DNA of 64,000 bases from the NCBI GenBank assembly GCA_944391345.1, contig CALXTE010000008.1:2374-66373 (forward strand). Direction: 5' to 3'. Numbering within the stretch: position 1 is the first letter of the stretch; the number at the start of each line of letters is the position of its first letter. Below, piece by piece: positions 22,119-32,594 of the stretch. Both the position numbers and the translations under genes were made by a program. The DNA comes from an uncultured Alphaproteobacteria bacterium. GTDB lineage: Bacteria > Pseudomonadota > Alphaproteobacteria > RF32 > CAG-239. The notes under the pieces are model-generated. The model searched no databases, was not told the origin of the DNA, and worked only from the letters and a program-made list of their open reading frames with translations.

Positions 22119-22926
22119 TGGCTTTGTTCTCCAAATATTTTTTGATGAGGGTTTGTAATTTGCCGGCGGCTTCTTGGGCTTGGGTTAGGGTTTCTTCATG
22201 GCTTTGGGAACCGCTTTTTAAGCCGGTGCCGAGGTTGGTGATGACCGATATGCCCAAGACTTTTATGCCGCAATGGACGGCGCAAATCACCTCGGGTACG
22301 GTTGACATGCCGACAGCATCGCCGCCCAAAGTTTTTATGGTGCGGATTTCGGCCGGTGTTTCAAAGCAAGGACCGAGTGAGAGAAAGTAAACACCTTCAA
22401 ATAATTTTATGTGTTCTTTTGAGGCAATGGCTTTGATTTTATCTCTTATGTCAGAATCGTAGGCATTGCTCATGTCGGGAAAGCGGGGGCCGTATTTTTC
22501 ATCATCGGGACCAAACAGCGGATTTGGCGTGTTGAGGCCGATGTGGTCGCTTATCAGCATGAGTGAACCGGCAGGCATGTCTTCATGCAAAGAGCCGGCG
22601 GCGTTGGTGATGATTAATTCTTTAATGCCGAGCAGTTTTAAGCAGGTGATGACTTTGTTGATTGTTGCCGGCGGGTGGCCTTCGTATAAATGGAAACGTC
22701 CTTGCAAGCACAAAACCTCTTGCCCGCCTAAGCTGCCGATAATGAGTTTGCCTTGATGTCCGGCAACGGTGCTTTGCGGGAAACCGGCTATTTCTTGATA
22801 AGGAATAGTCAGCGAATCTTTAATTTCGTTAGCCAAGCCGCCAAGGCCGCTGCCTAAGATAATTCCTATTTTTGGGGCTCGGTTGCCGATTTTTTTTCTG
22901 ATTTCAGAGGCTAGATTTTCAATCAT
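22111..22926 (-). CDS. Purine-nucleoside phosphorylase (trimeric PunA/XapA type)
   Basis: GIILGSGLG, GRFHLYEG, GPCFETPAE, VGMSTVPE. Confidence 0.95.
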   Translation of the reverse strand: MIENLASEIRKKIGNRAPKIGIILGSGLGGLANEIKDSLTIPYQEIAGFPQSTVAGHQGKLIIGSLGGQEVLCLQGRFHLYEGHPPATINKVITCLKLLGIKELIITNAAGSLHEDMPAGSLMLISDHIGLNTPNPLFGPDDEKYGPRFPDMSNAYDSDIRDKIKAIASKEHIKLFEGVYFLSLGPCFETPAEIRTIKTLGGDAVGMSTVPEVICAVHCGIKVLGISVITNLGTGLKSGSQSHEETLTQAQEAAGKLQTLIKKYLENKANG

Positions 22927-23323
22927 GTTTTAGGTCCTTTTCAGTGAATCCGTGCGGAAGCAGCTCGGCTAAAGACAGCGTTTGTTTGACGCCGCTTTTG
23001 TCGGCTAAAAAAATGGTGGTATTTTCATCAGAAAATTCTTGTATTCTTTGTAAGCAGGCGCCGCAGGGTTTGATTAAGTCTTTTCCTTCAGCTAAAATCA
23101 GAATCGCTTTTATTTTTTTCCCGCCGCCGGTTATCATCGCTCCTATGGCGTTTTGTTCAGCGCAGCTGCCGCAGGGATAAGATATGTTTTCAACGTTGCA
23201 ACCGGTGTAAATGTTGCCGTCGGTTGAGAGTATGGCCGCGCCGACATGGAAGTTTGAGTAAGGGGCATAGGCTCTTTCAAAGCCTGCTAATGCCGCTTGG
23301 TGCAGTTCTTTTATTTTATCCAT
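22919..23323 (-). CDS. cdd: Cytidine deaminase (homotetrameric)
   Basis: AYAPYS, GCNVEN, CAE, PCGAC. Confidence 0.96.
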   Translation of the reverse strand: MDKIKELHQAALAGFERAYAPYSNFHVGAAILSTDGNIYTGCNVENISYPCGSCAEQNAIGAMITGGGKKIKAILILAEGKDLIKPCGACLQRIQEFSDENTTIFLADKSGVKQTLSLAELLPHGFTEKDLKHD

Positions 23324-23437
23324 TTTCTGCTCCTTAATCTTGGGTTTATTAATTAAATCTTTATGCTTTTGAGTATAAATTACTTTTATAAATTATCAAA
23401 GAATATTTATATTGTTCAGAAAAAGAGGAGTATAACT

Positions 23438-26400
23438 TTGAAAAAAATTCTGCTTATTTTGCTGGGCCTCGTTTTGCTGATGATTATCGGCTTGGTGACT
23501 TATGTTTCTATGATTGATTGGAACGAGCATAAGGGTAGAATCGCGGCTTCTCTTTCTGAACTGACCGGAAAAAAGGTTGTGTTTAACGGGCCGCTTTCGG
23601 TTTCTTTGCTGCCGTCGCCGCAGATGCATGCCACAGAGGTGCAAGTGTTTAATACAAGCGGAGATTATGCGCAAAAGCCCTTGGTTAATATTAAAGAACT
23701 TTCGGCAAAAATTACGTTTTCTTCTTTGTTTGGCGGTGATTTCGATATCAGTCGTGTGTCTTTGATTGAGCCTGAAATTGCTTTCGAGGTTGCTTCTGAC
23801 GGGACTTTGAATTGGGCATCGGGCGGACAGAAGTTTCAGGAAGATAATATTCGGCAGATGCAGATTAGCTTGGACAGCGTTACGCTGGAAAATGCTAAGC
23901 TCCATTTTATGTATCCGCAAATGAAGATTGATTCCGTCTTGTCTAACCTTAATGCTGAGATTATTGCCGAGACGGTTTTTGGTCCTTATCGTATTGAGGG
24001 AAGTTATACCAAGGGAGAAAATCCGGAAGGATTTGCCGTTTCTATCGGCCAAATTGCCGAAAATATTGCAACCTCGATAAACTTGGCGGTTAATTTTCCG
24101 ACCACAAAGTCTTATGCAAGATTTGACGGAACGGTTTATTTCAGAGACAGAAAAATCTTGGGTAATATTATTGCCGAATCCGAGCAGCCGGTTGATTTTG
24201 CCAAAGATATGTTTCAGCTTGATTTGGATAAAGCTCTGAACCAAAAATTTGCCCTTACGGCCGCAGTTGATTCCGGTTTGGAGAAAATGACACTTTCAAA
24301 TGTGGTGATTAAATATGGCAAAACCAGCGGCGCCGGAAATGTTTTGATCCCGTTGCCAACCGAGCAAAGTGACGTTTATTATCCAAGGGTGGAGCTGGCC
24401 TTTAATATGACGGATTTTGATTTGGATTTGCCGCTGTCTTTATTGAAAGCTGCGTTAAAAGATTATCCGAAAAATCCGCTTTCTGATGTTCGTTTAGGTT
24501 TTGATTTAATCGGTGATGTGAAGGCTCTGAAGTCTTATTATAATAATCAGACAATTAATGATTTGGCGGCCAGTTTTGATCTGAAAAACGGGCAGCTCTT
24601 TTTGCGCGGGCTTAAAGGTAAGGTCTTTAATGACACGACCTTTAATCTTGATGGGTCGGCCGAAATTGTTGATGGATATATTGATTTTGACGCTACCCCC
24701 TCTTTTGAAACATCTGAATTTTCAAAAGTTTTGGAGTGGTTGGGATATATGCCTCATCAGGTGGCGCCGGCAACTTATCAAAAAGCTTCTGCCGAGGCTA
24801 CCATCAAAGGAACAGGAAACCAAATTTATATTTCCTCTTTGGCGTTATTTGTTGATAATATGTTTTTCTCGGGTGATGCCGGAATTGTGTTGGGTGATAC
24901 AATTGACTCTATGTGGGTTATTAATGCCGATAATATTAATTTTGATAATTATATTTCTTCGTTATCAGAGGCTGATGCTCAAAAAACTTTTGGCGAAAAA
25001 CTCGGGCTTATGTTTAAAGACTTGGCCGCTTTGAATTCTCATAATTTTAATCTTACGTTTAATCTTGATAAAGGGATTTTCAGAAGTGTTCCGTTTGAAG
25101 GCCTAAAAGCAGATTTTCAGCTGAGTGACGGCAAAATGCGGCTCAATAATTTTGAGGTTGCCAATATTTATGATTCGTCTTTGTTGATGTCCGGTATTGT
25201 CAGCGGGTTTGGCCAAGAGCCGGTGGTCGAAAGTATGCAATATGATTTTGCAGCGAAGAATTTTTCTGATTTGTCGGAAAAATTAAAGCTGTTTGCAGTG
25301 CCAAATTTGCTTTCAAAGGCAAAGGAAGTTTCTTCTAAGGGCGTTGTGTCCGGCAATCTGCAATATGTGGCGGCAAAGACGGAAAATCAGATTGATAAAA
25401 ATATTGTCAATTATTCCGGCGTGATAGATTTTTCTTCCGGAAAGGCGCTGTGGGACGGTGATTTTGACATTCAAAGCTCTGATTTTGTAAAAATGCTTAA
25501 CGGTTTGGGCGTGGCTTATGTGCCACAGGCTTTTTCACTCGGGCTTTTTAACGCAAAAGCTGATTTTAAAGGCGCAATGGATAATTTTTCATCCGAGAAT
25601 GTTACCCTGAATGTGGGCGCCAATAATTATAACGGCACGGTTGCCTATGATGCAACCAGCGGTCGGTCTAAGTTGACGCTGAAGGGCAAAATAAACCGTT
25701 TTGAAACAAGTCGGTTTATGCCGGAAACAAATGCTAAAGCTCAGGTGTCTTTTCAGACCAGCGGCGGCGTGGTAAACTTTTTGACCAAGCCGGCTTGGAG
25801 CAAAGTGCCGTTTAATCTGATGCCGCTGACCAAGATGGATGTTTATGCCGATTTGACTATTGATGAGCTTTTGTTGCAAAATTTGAAATTTAGTAATGCG
25901 GTGGTGGCCTTTGCGCTTGACGGCGGAAAGTTTTCTTTGCAATCGTTTAACGGAAATTTTGCCGGAGGGCAGGTTTTGGCCAATGGTGAGCTCGCTCTTG
26001 GGGCAAAGCCTGATATTAATTTTAATTTGGAAGGCAAAAATATTTTGATGTCTTCTTTGAATTTGGGCGGAAAAGTCTTTGCCGTTCGCGACGGAAATTT
26101 GAATTTTCATTTTAACGGGCGTTCTATTTTGGCCTCTGAATCAGACTTTTTTGAGGGGCTTAACGGCGCGCTGGTATTTGATCTATCCGGTGCCAGCATA
26201 AAAGGATGGAATTTGTGGAATATCAAAGAAGATATTAACAAACGGACAGCTGCCAGCGGTTTGAAAGAAGTTGTGCTTGAAAATTTGCAAAGCGGATCAA
26301 CCCAGTTTGACAGTATTAAAGGAAATATGAAGCTTGAAAAAGGAACATATTTGGCCGAAAATTTGACTTTTGACGGAAGTTTGGCTTCCATTAATGCAAA

Positions 26401-27601
26401 AGTCGATGGTAATTTTATGACTTGGGATGTTAATGGCGCGTTTAATGTTGCGTGGATGGAAAAAATTTCTCCTCTTTCGTTTAATTGGAGCGGCAGTTTG
26501 GAAAATCCGCAAGTTAGCGTTGATGTGTCGGTTTTGACCAGCGAATTTGACGCGCGTAATGCCAAACTTGAGGCAGAGCGCAAGGCTAAAGAAAAAGCGG
26601 CTCAGGAGGCCATGAAGGCACGTTTTGATGCGCAAGTCAGCCAGACAAAATCGTTGAAGGCTAAGTTTGATAAAGAGATTTTGCCCAAGTATAACACGGC
26701 GTCTAAACTTGCGGAAGAAATGTCGTATAAGCGCTCTTACGGTACATTAAATAAAAAGTTAGATACGGCAGTCGGGCTTTTGGATGAGGCCGCGGCCATG
26801 GCACTTTCTCCTCAGATGTCAGATAAGTTAATCGGGGATATTGCCGAGAAAAATAAAAAAGTGGCGGATGAGGTTGCTTCCTATCAGAAAGAGCTAGATG
26901 ATTTGTATTTAGCCGAGGTAAAGCAGCGGCTCGGAAAATATAATGATAACTTTAATCAATCTTATCAAGCCGTAACAGCGCAGGTCGATGATTTTAACAA
27001 AAAATTGCAGGCGTTTACGCCGAGGTTGACGGCCAGTGAAAGTATTGTTGTGCTTGAAAATGATGACGAGATTAAAAAGCTTAACTCTAAGCTGAGTGAT
27101 AAAATGATGAATCTTTCGGATTTGCAAAAGAAGTCTGCCGATGCTTATCAGCTGGTGGCGGCCCAGAATGATACTAATGTTTTAGAGCGTGTGGTCGCTA
27201 TTTTGAAAAATAATCAAGCCTCAGTTCAGAGCGAACAGCAAGAAATGTCGTCTTTGATTTCTCAGATACTCGAAAAAGCAGAGCAGATTACGGCTGCCGA
27301 AGAACAGGCTGCACTCTTGCGTCGGCAAGAGGCCGAACGTCAGAAAAAGGTTGAAGAAGCCACAGGCACTATCGCTAATGCCGACGGTAAGGTTAAGACC
27401 ATTGTGCCGGATATTAACAAAATTGAAAAGGCAGAAGCCGAAATCAGCCAAGAAAAACGTGTCGTATTGGATTTTTCCGATGATAAGGAAAATAAGCCTA
27501 AAGAAGTCGTAGAGCGGAAGTTTTTGTCTGTTCCTGAAGATGGAGAAGCTCCGCAACTTGTAGAAAAACGCAGTGTTAGCGGCAAAATATCGCGTGATTA
27601 A
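23438..27601 (+). CDS. AsmA-family lipid-bridge-like protein with a long C-terminal coiled coil
   Basis: N-terminal TM anchor, IDWNEHK..SLLPSP AsmA start, beta-rich body, ~340-aa helical tail; GAGGAG RBS then TTG. Confidence 0.85.
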   Translation: MKKILLILLGLVLLMIIGLVTYVSMIDWNEHKGRIAASLSELTGKKVVFNGPLSVSLLPSPQMHATEVQVFNTSGDYAQKPLVNIKELSAKITFSSLFGGDFDISRVSLIEPEIAFEVASDGTLNWASGGQKFQEDNIRQMQISLDSVTLENAKLHFMYPQMKIDSVLSNLNAEIIAETVFGPYRIEGSYTKGENPEGFAVSIGQIAENIATSINLAVNFPTTKSYARFDGTVYFRDRKILGNIIAESEQPVDFAKDMFQLDLDKALNQKFALTAAVDSGLEKMTLSNVVIKYGKTSGAGNVLIPLPTEQSDVYYPRVELAFNMTDFDLDLPLSLLKAALKDYPKNPLSDVRLGFDLIGDVKALKSYYNNQTINDLAASFDLKNGQLFLRGLKGKVFNDTTFNLDGSAEIVDGYIDFDATPSFETSEFSKVLEWLGYMPHQVAPATYQKASAEATIKGTGNQIYISSLALFVDNMFFSGDAGIVLGDTIDSMWVINADNINFDNYISSLSEADAQKTFGEKLGLMFKDLAALNSHNFNLTFNLDKGIFRSVPFEGLKADFQLSDGKMRLNNFEVANIYDSSLLMSGIVSGFGQEPVVESMQYDFAAKNFSDLSEKLKLFAVPNLLSKAKEVSSKGVVSGNLQYVAAKTENQIDKNIVNYSGVIDFSSGKALWDGDFDIQSSDFVKMLNGLGVAYVPQAFSLGLFNAKADFKGAMDNFSSENVTLNVGANNYNGTVAYDATSGRSKLTLKGKINRFETSRFMPETNAKAQVSFQTSGGVVNFLTKPAWSKVPFNLMPLTKMDVYADLTIDELLLQNLKFSNAVVAFALDGGKFSLQSFNGNFAGGQVLANGELALGAKPDINFNLEGKNILMSSLNLGGKVFAVRDGNLNFHFNGRSILASESDFFEGLNGALVFDLSGASIKGWNLWNIKEDINKRTAASGLKEVVLENLQSGSTQFDSIKGNMKLEKGTYLAENLTFDGSLASINAKVDGNFMTWDVNGAFNVAWMEKISPLSFNWSGSLENPQVSVDVSVLTSEFDARNAKLEAERKAKEKAAQEAMKARFDAQVSQTKSLKAKFDKEILPKYNTASKLAEEMSYKRSYGTLNKKLDTAVGLLDEAAAMALSPQMSDKLIGDIAEKNKKVADEVASYQKELDDLYLAEVKQRLGKYNDNFNQSYQAVTAQVDDFNKKLQAFTPRLTASESIVVLENDDEIKKLNSKLSDKMMNLSDLQKKSADAYQLVAAQNDTNVLERVVAILKNNQASVQSEQQEMSSLISQILEKAEQITAAEEQAALLRRQEAERQKKVEEATGTIANADGKVKTIVPDINKIEKAEAEISQEKRVVLDFSDDKENKPKEVVERKFLSVPEDGEAPQLVEKRSVSGKISRD

Positions 27602-27691
27602 ATTCCTTGTGGCTTTTTGGATAAGGGTGATTGTAATGCCGTTTTTTTGTGTTATATTACCTTATTATCATGTTACCAAAGGAATAAAGAA

Positions 27692-28582
27692 ATGTTTGCT
27701 AAGCCTGAAGTTTGTATTTTGCCGGTTGCCGGTTTGTCTACCAGAAATTTGCCGGCAACAAAAGTGATTCACAAAGGTTTTTTAACCTTACACGGAAAGC
27801 CGATTATTCAATATGCGGTTGATGCTTGTAAAGAAATCGGAATTAAAGAAGTTGTGTTTATTTACAGCGATGAAATAGGTAAGGATTTGTTCGAAAGCTA
27901 TTTTTCGCCCAATGAGACGTTGGAGAATCATTTGCGGACGCATAATAAGCATGATTTGCTTAAAATCGTGCAAGATATTGTTCCTGAAAACATGAAGTTT
28001 TCGTTTGCACGGCAGAGCGAGCCGAAAGGAAACGGTCATGCAATTCTTATGGCAAAAGAAATTGTCGGTAAACGTGATTTTGTGGTGATGTGGCCGGATG
28101 ATGTTTACATCAGCTATCATGGGCAAGGGATTTTGTCGCAGCTGGTCGAAGTGTTTCAAGAAACCGGCGGTATGGTTGAAAATATTATGGAATTTCCGCG
28201 CGAGCAGATGGTTCGTTATGGGGCTTTGGTCGGGGCTGTTCGTGCCGGCAGAATTGTAAAAGCGCAGGGATTGGTCGAAAAGCCATCGCTTGAGAATGTT
28301 CCTTCTAATTATGCCAGCATGGGGCCGTATATTTTGCCAAATGTTATTATGGATATTTTGCCCGAAGTGCGTAAAGGCAATAATGGCGAGATTAATCTGA
28401 CAGATGCAATGGAACTGGCGGCACAACGCGGTGTGCCTTTGCATGGTGTTTTGTGTGATGCCGTTCGTTTTGACTGTGGTACGGCAAAAGAGCTTGAAAA
28501 GTCAAATATTTATTTGTCATTAATGGCTGATAATGAGTTGCGGGCTTATACGCGTAAGCTGCTTGATACCATGGTTGTGTAA
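27692..28582 (+). CDS. galU: UTP-glucose-1-phosphate uridylyltransferase
   Basis: PVAGLSTRNLPATK, EPKGNGHAI, LVEKP, GEINLTDA. Confidence 0.9.
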   Translation: MFAKPEVCILPVAGLSTRNLPATKVIHKGFLTLHGKPIIQYAVDACKEIGIKEVVFIYSDEIGKDLFESYFSPNETLENHLRTHNKHDLLKIVQDIVPENMKFSFARQSEPKGNGHAILMAKEIVGKRDFVVMWPDDVYISYHGQGILSQLVEVFQETGGMVENIMEFPREQMVRYGALVGAVRAGRIVKAQGLVEKPSLENVPSNYASMGPYILPNVIMDILPEVRKGNNGEINLTDAMELAAQRGVPLHGVLCDAVRFDCGTAKELEKSNIYLSLMADNELRAYTRKLLDTMVV

Positions 28583-28632
28583 TTTAATATAATGTTTCTA
28601 ACGGCCTCGGCAAAATTGTCGAGGTCTTTTTT

Positions 28633-28980
28633 TTATTCGCAAGAATATTTGCCGCCGCAGCTGGCCCCGGTATCTTGGTCCATAGAGGTACATTCTTCTG
28701 CCGTGAAAATATATTCATCCGGACAACAGCTTTGGAAATAGCTTCCATTATATGGGCAGGGATAGGCACCGATAAAGCCGGTTGGGCAAGAGGTTATGGT
28801 ATAGCCTTCATCTTCGCAAGAATTGGCTTTTTTAGAGTCTAGGTTGTAAAAGTTGTCGGCGCCGCGTTCGCCGCTGAAGGTGGCTCCCTTGTCTATGACA
28901 AAGCGGACATCAGCTTGGGCCGAGGCGGAAAAAACAGTGAACAAAACGGCAAAAATTTTTAAGCAGGTTTGAGGTTTCAT
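28633..28980 (-). CDS. Hypothetical exported Cys-rich small protein
   Basis: Signal peptide ending AQA; 8 Cys in the C-terminal 62 aa. Confidence 0.75.
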   Translation of the reverse strand: MKPQTCLKIFAVLFTVFSASAQADVRFVIDKGATFSGERGADNFYNLDSKKANSCEDEGYTITSCPTGFIGAYPCPYNGSYFQSCCPDEYIFTAEECTSMDQDTGASCGGKYSCE

Positions 28981-29068
28981 GAAATAAAGTCTTGTTACGA
29001 AGGTTTTTTGCAAAAAGCTTCGACACGAATGCCGAAGCTTAAAGGAGAAAGAAAAAATTTAGTCTATG

Positions 29069-29254
29069 CTATTGTCTTCCACGGATTTGCAATGAAAGGC
29101 GGAGTAAAGCATCTTTTTGTTTTAATTTTTGTTTTTTCAGTTCTTCAATCTTAATAAGATTTTTCCAGACATGCTGTTCTTCTTTGCGGATTGCCGCGTC
29201 AAGATAAGCGTGCTGAATTTTGAGGTTTTCTAAGCTGGTTTGTACAGTAACCAT
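29069..29254 (-). CDS. DUF465/YdcH-family small coiled-coil protein
   Basis: HAYLDAAI..E and LKKQKLKQKD pattern; GGGAGG RBS. Confidence 0.8.
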   Translation of the reverse strand: MVTVQTSLENLKIQHAYLDAAIRKEEQHVWKNLIKIEELKKQKLKQKDALLRLSLQIRGRQ

Positions 29255-29514
29255 TGCGGCCTCCCTCTCTCTGGTAAGTATAACAATTTTATTATAAAAC
29301 ATATTTTTTATTCTGCCAAGTGAAATCTTTTATCTTTTGTATAGTAAAAATGGTGTGTTCGGGCTTTTTGATAACAAAATTTTAAGCATTGAAAGTTAAA
29401 ATGTAACAAATAATTTACATTAATTGTACTAAAAACTATTGAAAATAGACGAATTTTGTGATATTAATAAGTTATGGTACAAGTTTATAGAAATGCTTTC
29501 TGGAGGGCAGGACA

Positions 29515-32500
29515 ATGGCAGAAAATGACAGTAATCAACCGAAAAATTTAGACGAATGGTTGGCACAACATCCGGATTTGGATTCGAATTATGTTTCTTC
29601 TTTAAGGTTGCGCGTCGATACGGTTGGGTTTAATTTAGATGATGTAAACAGAAATTTTGCAGATTATCAAGCACGTCAAGCCGGAACAAATGTTAATCAA
29701 GCAACTCAAGATGAACCAAGAGTTCAAGATAATCAGCAATCTCAAGATAATCAACAGCCTCAAGAAGAGCCGAAGAAATCTTTTTCTGATGAAGAATATG
29801 CTAGCGCGGTTGAATTGGCAAACGGAGATTTGTCAAAGTTGTCTTTTGAACAGACTGCAGCGGCTTGGAGCGTTTTGTCTTCGGTTGATGAAGTGATTGC
29901 ACAAAAAACACATCCTGACCGCGCGGCCGCCAAAAATAAGCTGAAAGAATTTGCTGAACAAAAAGTGGCCGAAGCCGCTCAGAAAGGTGCTGACGGAAAA
30001 GATCAGCCTTTAAGCATGGAAAATGCTCCGGAATTGTCCTCTTGGCTTGCTATCAGCAATGATGTTCAAGCCAATAATAACAACCAAGAGAAAAAAGACC
30101 GCAATGCGGCTTTGGGCGAACGGTTGGACAAGTTTTATAAAGAATTTGATGAAGAATACGGTTTGAATAACCTTCCTGACGGTAAGACTATTGAAAAAAA
30201 CAGTACCGAGCTTGAGGCAATGGAAAAGGACTTTGATCCTTTTGCTAAAGATGAGAAAGGAAATTTGGTTCATCCTGAATTTGCCGGTGTGGCCGCTTTT
30301 TATGATAATTTAGAGATTGATAACTCGGATAAAGATACTGATAAGCTGGATAAAGATTCTTATCGTAATGATATGACGGCTTTGGCAATTGCCGAGGCTA
30401 ATGCTACATTGAGTATTGATTCGGAATTTGCAAAACTTTCTGCGGAAGATAAGAAAAAACGCTTTGCATCCGAGGTTGCTAGCCATATGGAAATGGGGGC
30501 AACCAATTTGATTGCAACCCAGATGGCGATGAATGCGGCAGAAAAAGCCGCAGATGGAAAGCCAAAAGATCCAAAAGAGTTTGAAGAAAATGCTCATAAG
30601 TATTTTGAAGCAGCTTCAAATGAAGGGGCTTTGCCGTTAAAGGTTAAAAACAAGACTGCTTTATCTGTTTTGGCTTCTCGTACGACACAGGTATCTCATG
30701 TTGCAAAACGTGTGGCTCAAAAGACCGGTGCCATGAATGTTTGGAACAAGGTTAAAAAGCTTGACCAAGAGTTAACTAAAAAACATCCTAAGGCTTATCC
30801 GTTCTTGAAAAATATGGCTAAGACTGCCGCTATCGGTGGTTTGACCGGTGGTGCCGGTTTAGCCGTTTATTCTGCATACAAAGCCGGAAAAGCTATTCAA
30901 AAAAGTGTTAAGAACTATAAAAAGAATCGTCAAGAAGGACAGTCTTATTGGAATTATTTGAAAAAGAATCCGAAGCAGATTGTGGCAATGACAGCGGCAG
31001 TTGCCGGTGCAGCTTTGTCGGCTTATGGTGTGGGCGGAGATTTCCTAAGTGCAGATTCTTGGGGATTGAGTGGTGATTTGGCACAAAATGCGTTTTCTGA
31101 CGGAGCTACTCAGGCGGCATCGGATGCGGCTGCTCAGGCAGCAACACAGACTGCTGCGGACGCGGCGACACAGACAGCTTCCAGCACGGCAACGCAAGCA
31201 ACGGCTGAGGCTGCCAAAGCTCCTACGCCTTGGCTAAAAGCTGCCAGAGCCGGTGTGGCTGTTGGCGCCGGTTTGGCAACAGGTGCGGTGGATGCCGTAA
31301 AAGCTTTAGGCGAAAAAGATCCGGCAAAGCGTAAGCAGATGTTAAAAGATGCTTGGAAATCTGCAAGTGGTGCGGTTGTCGGTGCTTTTGCCGGTATGTT
31401 TGCAGCTGAAGCTGTTGGTGGGCTTATGCATGGTGATGGAAATTCTGCCGAGGAGGTAAAAGTTCCTGAAGCTCCAGAACAAGCGCCGACGCTTGATCAG
31501 ATTAATCCGGAGGTTTTGGAAGAACCGAAGATAGAGGTTGAACCGACAATTGAGGATCTTAAAGGACATGATGTTCCTGAGCCAGATGTTCATAATGAGC
31601 CAGCACCGGATGTTCATAATGAGCCAGTACCGGATGTTCATAATATTCCTGAAGCTCCGGAACAAGCTCCAACAATTGATGAAATTAACCCCGAAGTTTT
31701 GAATGATCAGAAACCGGAACTTGAGCCAACCTTAAATGATCTCGATATTACTCCTGCTCAAGAAAGCAATATTCCTTCTCACGGGCAGATGTATAATTTT
31801 GCAGAAGAGCTTGAGACGCGTTTGCAAGAAAATTCAGATGCTTCCCAACAGGCTGTTTTGCGTGAAACTATTCTTGATCAGATTAAAAGCGGTGCCATGA
31901 CCGAAGAACAAGCGGCAAGAGCTGCTGCTATCTTTAGTGAAACAGGACAGGAATTAGGCCTTACGGATTATGAAAGTGTGGCTCGTGCGGTTCAGAAAGG
32001 CGCTTTGGCGGCTGATCAAGAGCAGTCTTTGGAAATCAATGCTGAGATTGCTGCGGAACAACATAATGCTGAGATTCAAAATGATGGTGACAAATTTATT
32101 GATCGAAGCAATCTTTATAATGATGTGGCAGAGCGCTATGAACAGAGCGGTGATATTGGAAACTCTATGAATCAAGCTGTTAATGCGGCTGTCGAAAACG
32201 GAACCCTTAATCAGCAAGAGGCTCAAGCTGCCGTGGCAGAGTTTACGGCTTCTGTTGAGGGACATCACGGTAATGCTGATAAAGCGTTGGATTCTTTGCA
32301 AGATCAGTATAATCAAAATGCTGAGGAAGTCAGAGATTATCGGGCTAATCATTCTTCTCTTGAAGAAGAAAATGCCAGAGCAACCAAACCGATTTCTGAG
32401 AGATTGGCAGAGTTGAGCGGGCGCGGCAGTGATACTTCTCATGCAACAAGTGGCGGTGATAAACCAGTTGTTCATCAGAATACTTCTCAAACGCAACAAA

Positions 32501-32532
32501 CAGTGGTTACAAGAAATCAAGGACGTGAATAG
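29515..32532 (+). CDS. Large acidic orphan protein with central Gly/Ala hydrophobic helices (candidate secreted effector)
   Basis: 1005-aa ORF with RBS and terminator, no signal peptide, internal repeats. Confidence 0.85.
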   Translation: MAENDSNQPKNLDEWLAQHPDLDSNYVSSLRLRVDTVGFNLDDVNRNFADYQARQAGTNVNQATQDEPRVQDNQQSQDNQQPQEEPKKSFSDEEYASAVELANGDLSKLSFEQTAAAWSVLSSVDEVIAQKTHPDRAAAKNKLKEFAEQKVAEAAQKGADGKDQPLSMENAPELSSWLAISNDVQANNNNQEKKDRNAALGERLDKFYKEFDEEYGLNNLPDGKTIEKNSTELEAMEKDFDPFAKDEKGNLVHPEFAGVAAFYDNLEIDNSDKDTDKLDKDSYRNDMTALAIAEANATLSIDSEFAKLSAEDKKKRFASEVASHMEMGATNLIATQMAMNAAEKAADGKPKDPKEFEENAHKYFEAASNEGALPLKVKNKTALSVLASRTTQVSHVAKRVAQKTGAMNVWNKVKKLDQELTKKHPKAYPFLKNMAKTAAIGGLTGGAGLAVYSAYKAGKAIQKSVKNYKKNRQEGQSYWNYLKKNPKQIVAMTAAVAGAALSAYGVGGDFLSADSWGLSGDLAQNAFSDGATQAASDAAAQAATQTAADAATQTASSTATQATAEAAKAPTPWLKAARAGVAVGAGLATGAVDAVKALGEKDPAKRKQMLKDAWKSASGAVVGAFAGMFAAEAVGGLMHGDGNSAEEVKVPEAPEQAPTLDQINPEVLEEPKIEVEPTIEDLKGHDVPEPDVHNEPAPDVHNEPVPDVHNIPEAPEQAPTIDEINPEVLNDQKPELEPTLNDLDITPAQESNIPSHGQMYNFAEELETRLQENSDASQQAVLRETILDQIKSGAMTEEQAARAAAIFSETGQELGLTDYESVARAVQKGALAADQEQSLEINAEIAAEQHNAEIQNDGDKFIDRSNLYNDVAERYEQSGDIGNSMNQAVNAAVENGTLNQQEAQAAVAEFTASVEGHHGNADKALDSLQDQYNQNAEEVRDYRANHSSLEEENARATKPISERLAELSGRGSDTSHATSGGDKPVVHQNTSQTQQTVVTRNQGRE
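31461..31743 (+). repeat. Intragenic repeats
   Basis: Two copies of PEAPEQAPTxDxINPEVL..EPTxxDL flank ~3 tandem 24-nt units encoding PDVHNEP(A/V). Confidence 0.85.
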
Positions 32533-32544
32533 TCTTTGATAGGC

Positions 32545-32579
32545 CAAAAAAACTGCGTCGTAAAAGGCGCAGTTTTTTT
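32545..32579. terminator. Bidirectional intrinsic terminator
   Basis: aaaaaaactgcgtc-gtaaaa-ggcgcagttttttt. Confidence 0.8.
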
Positions 32580-32594
32580 GTTTTTTGCAACAGG

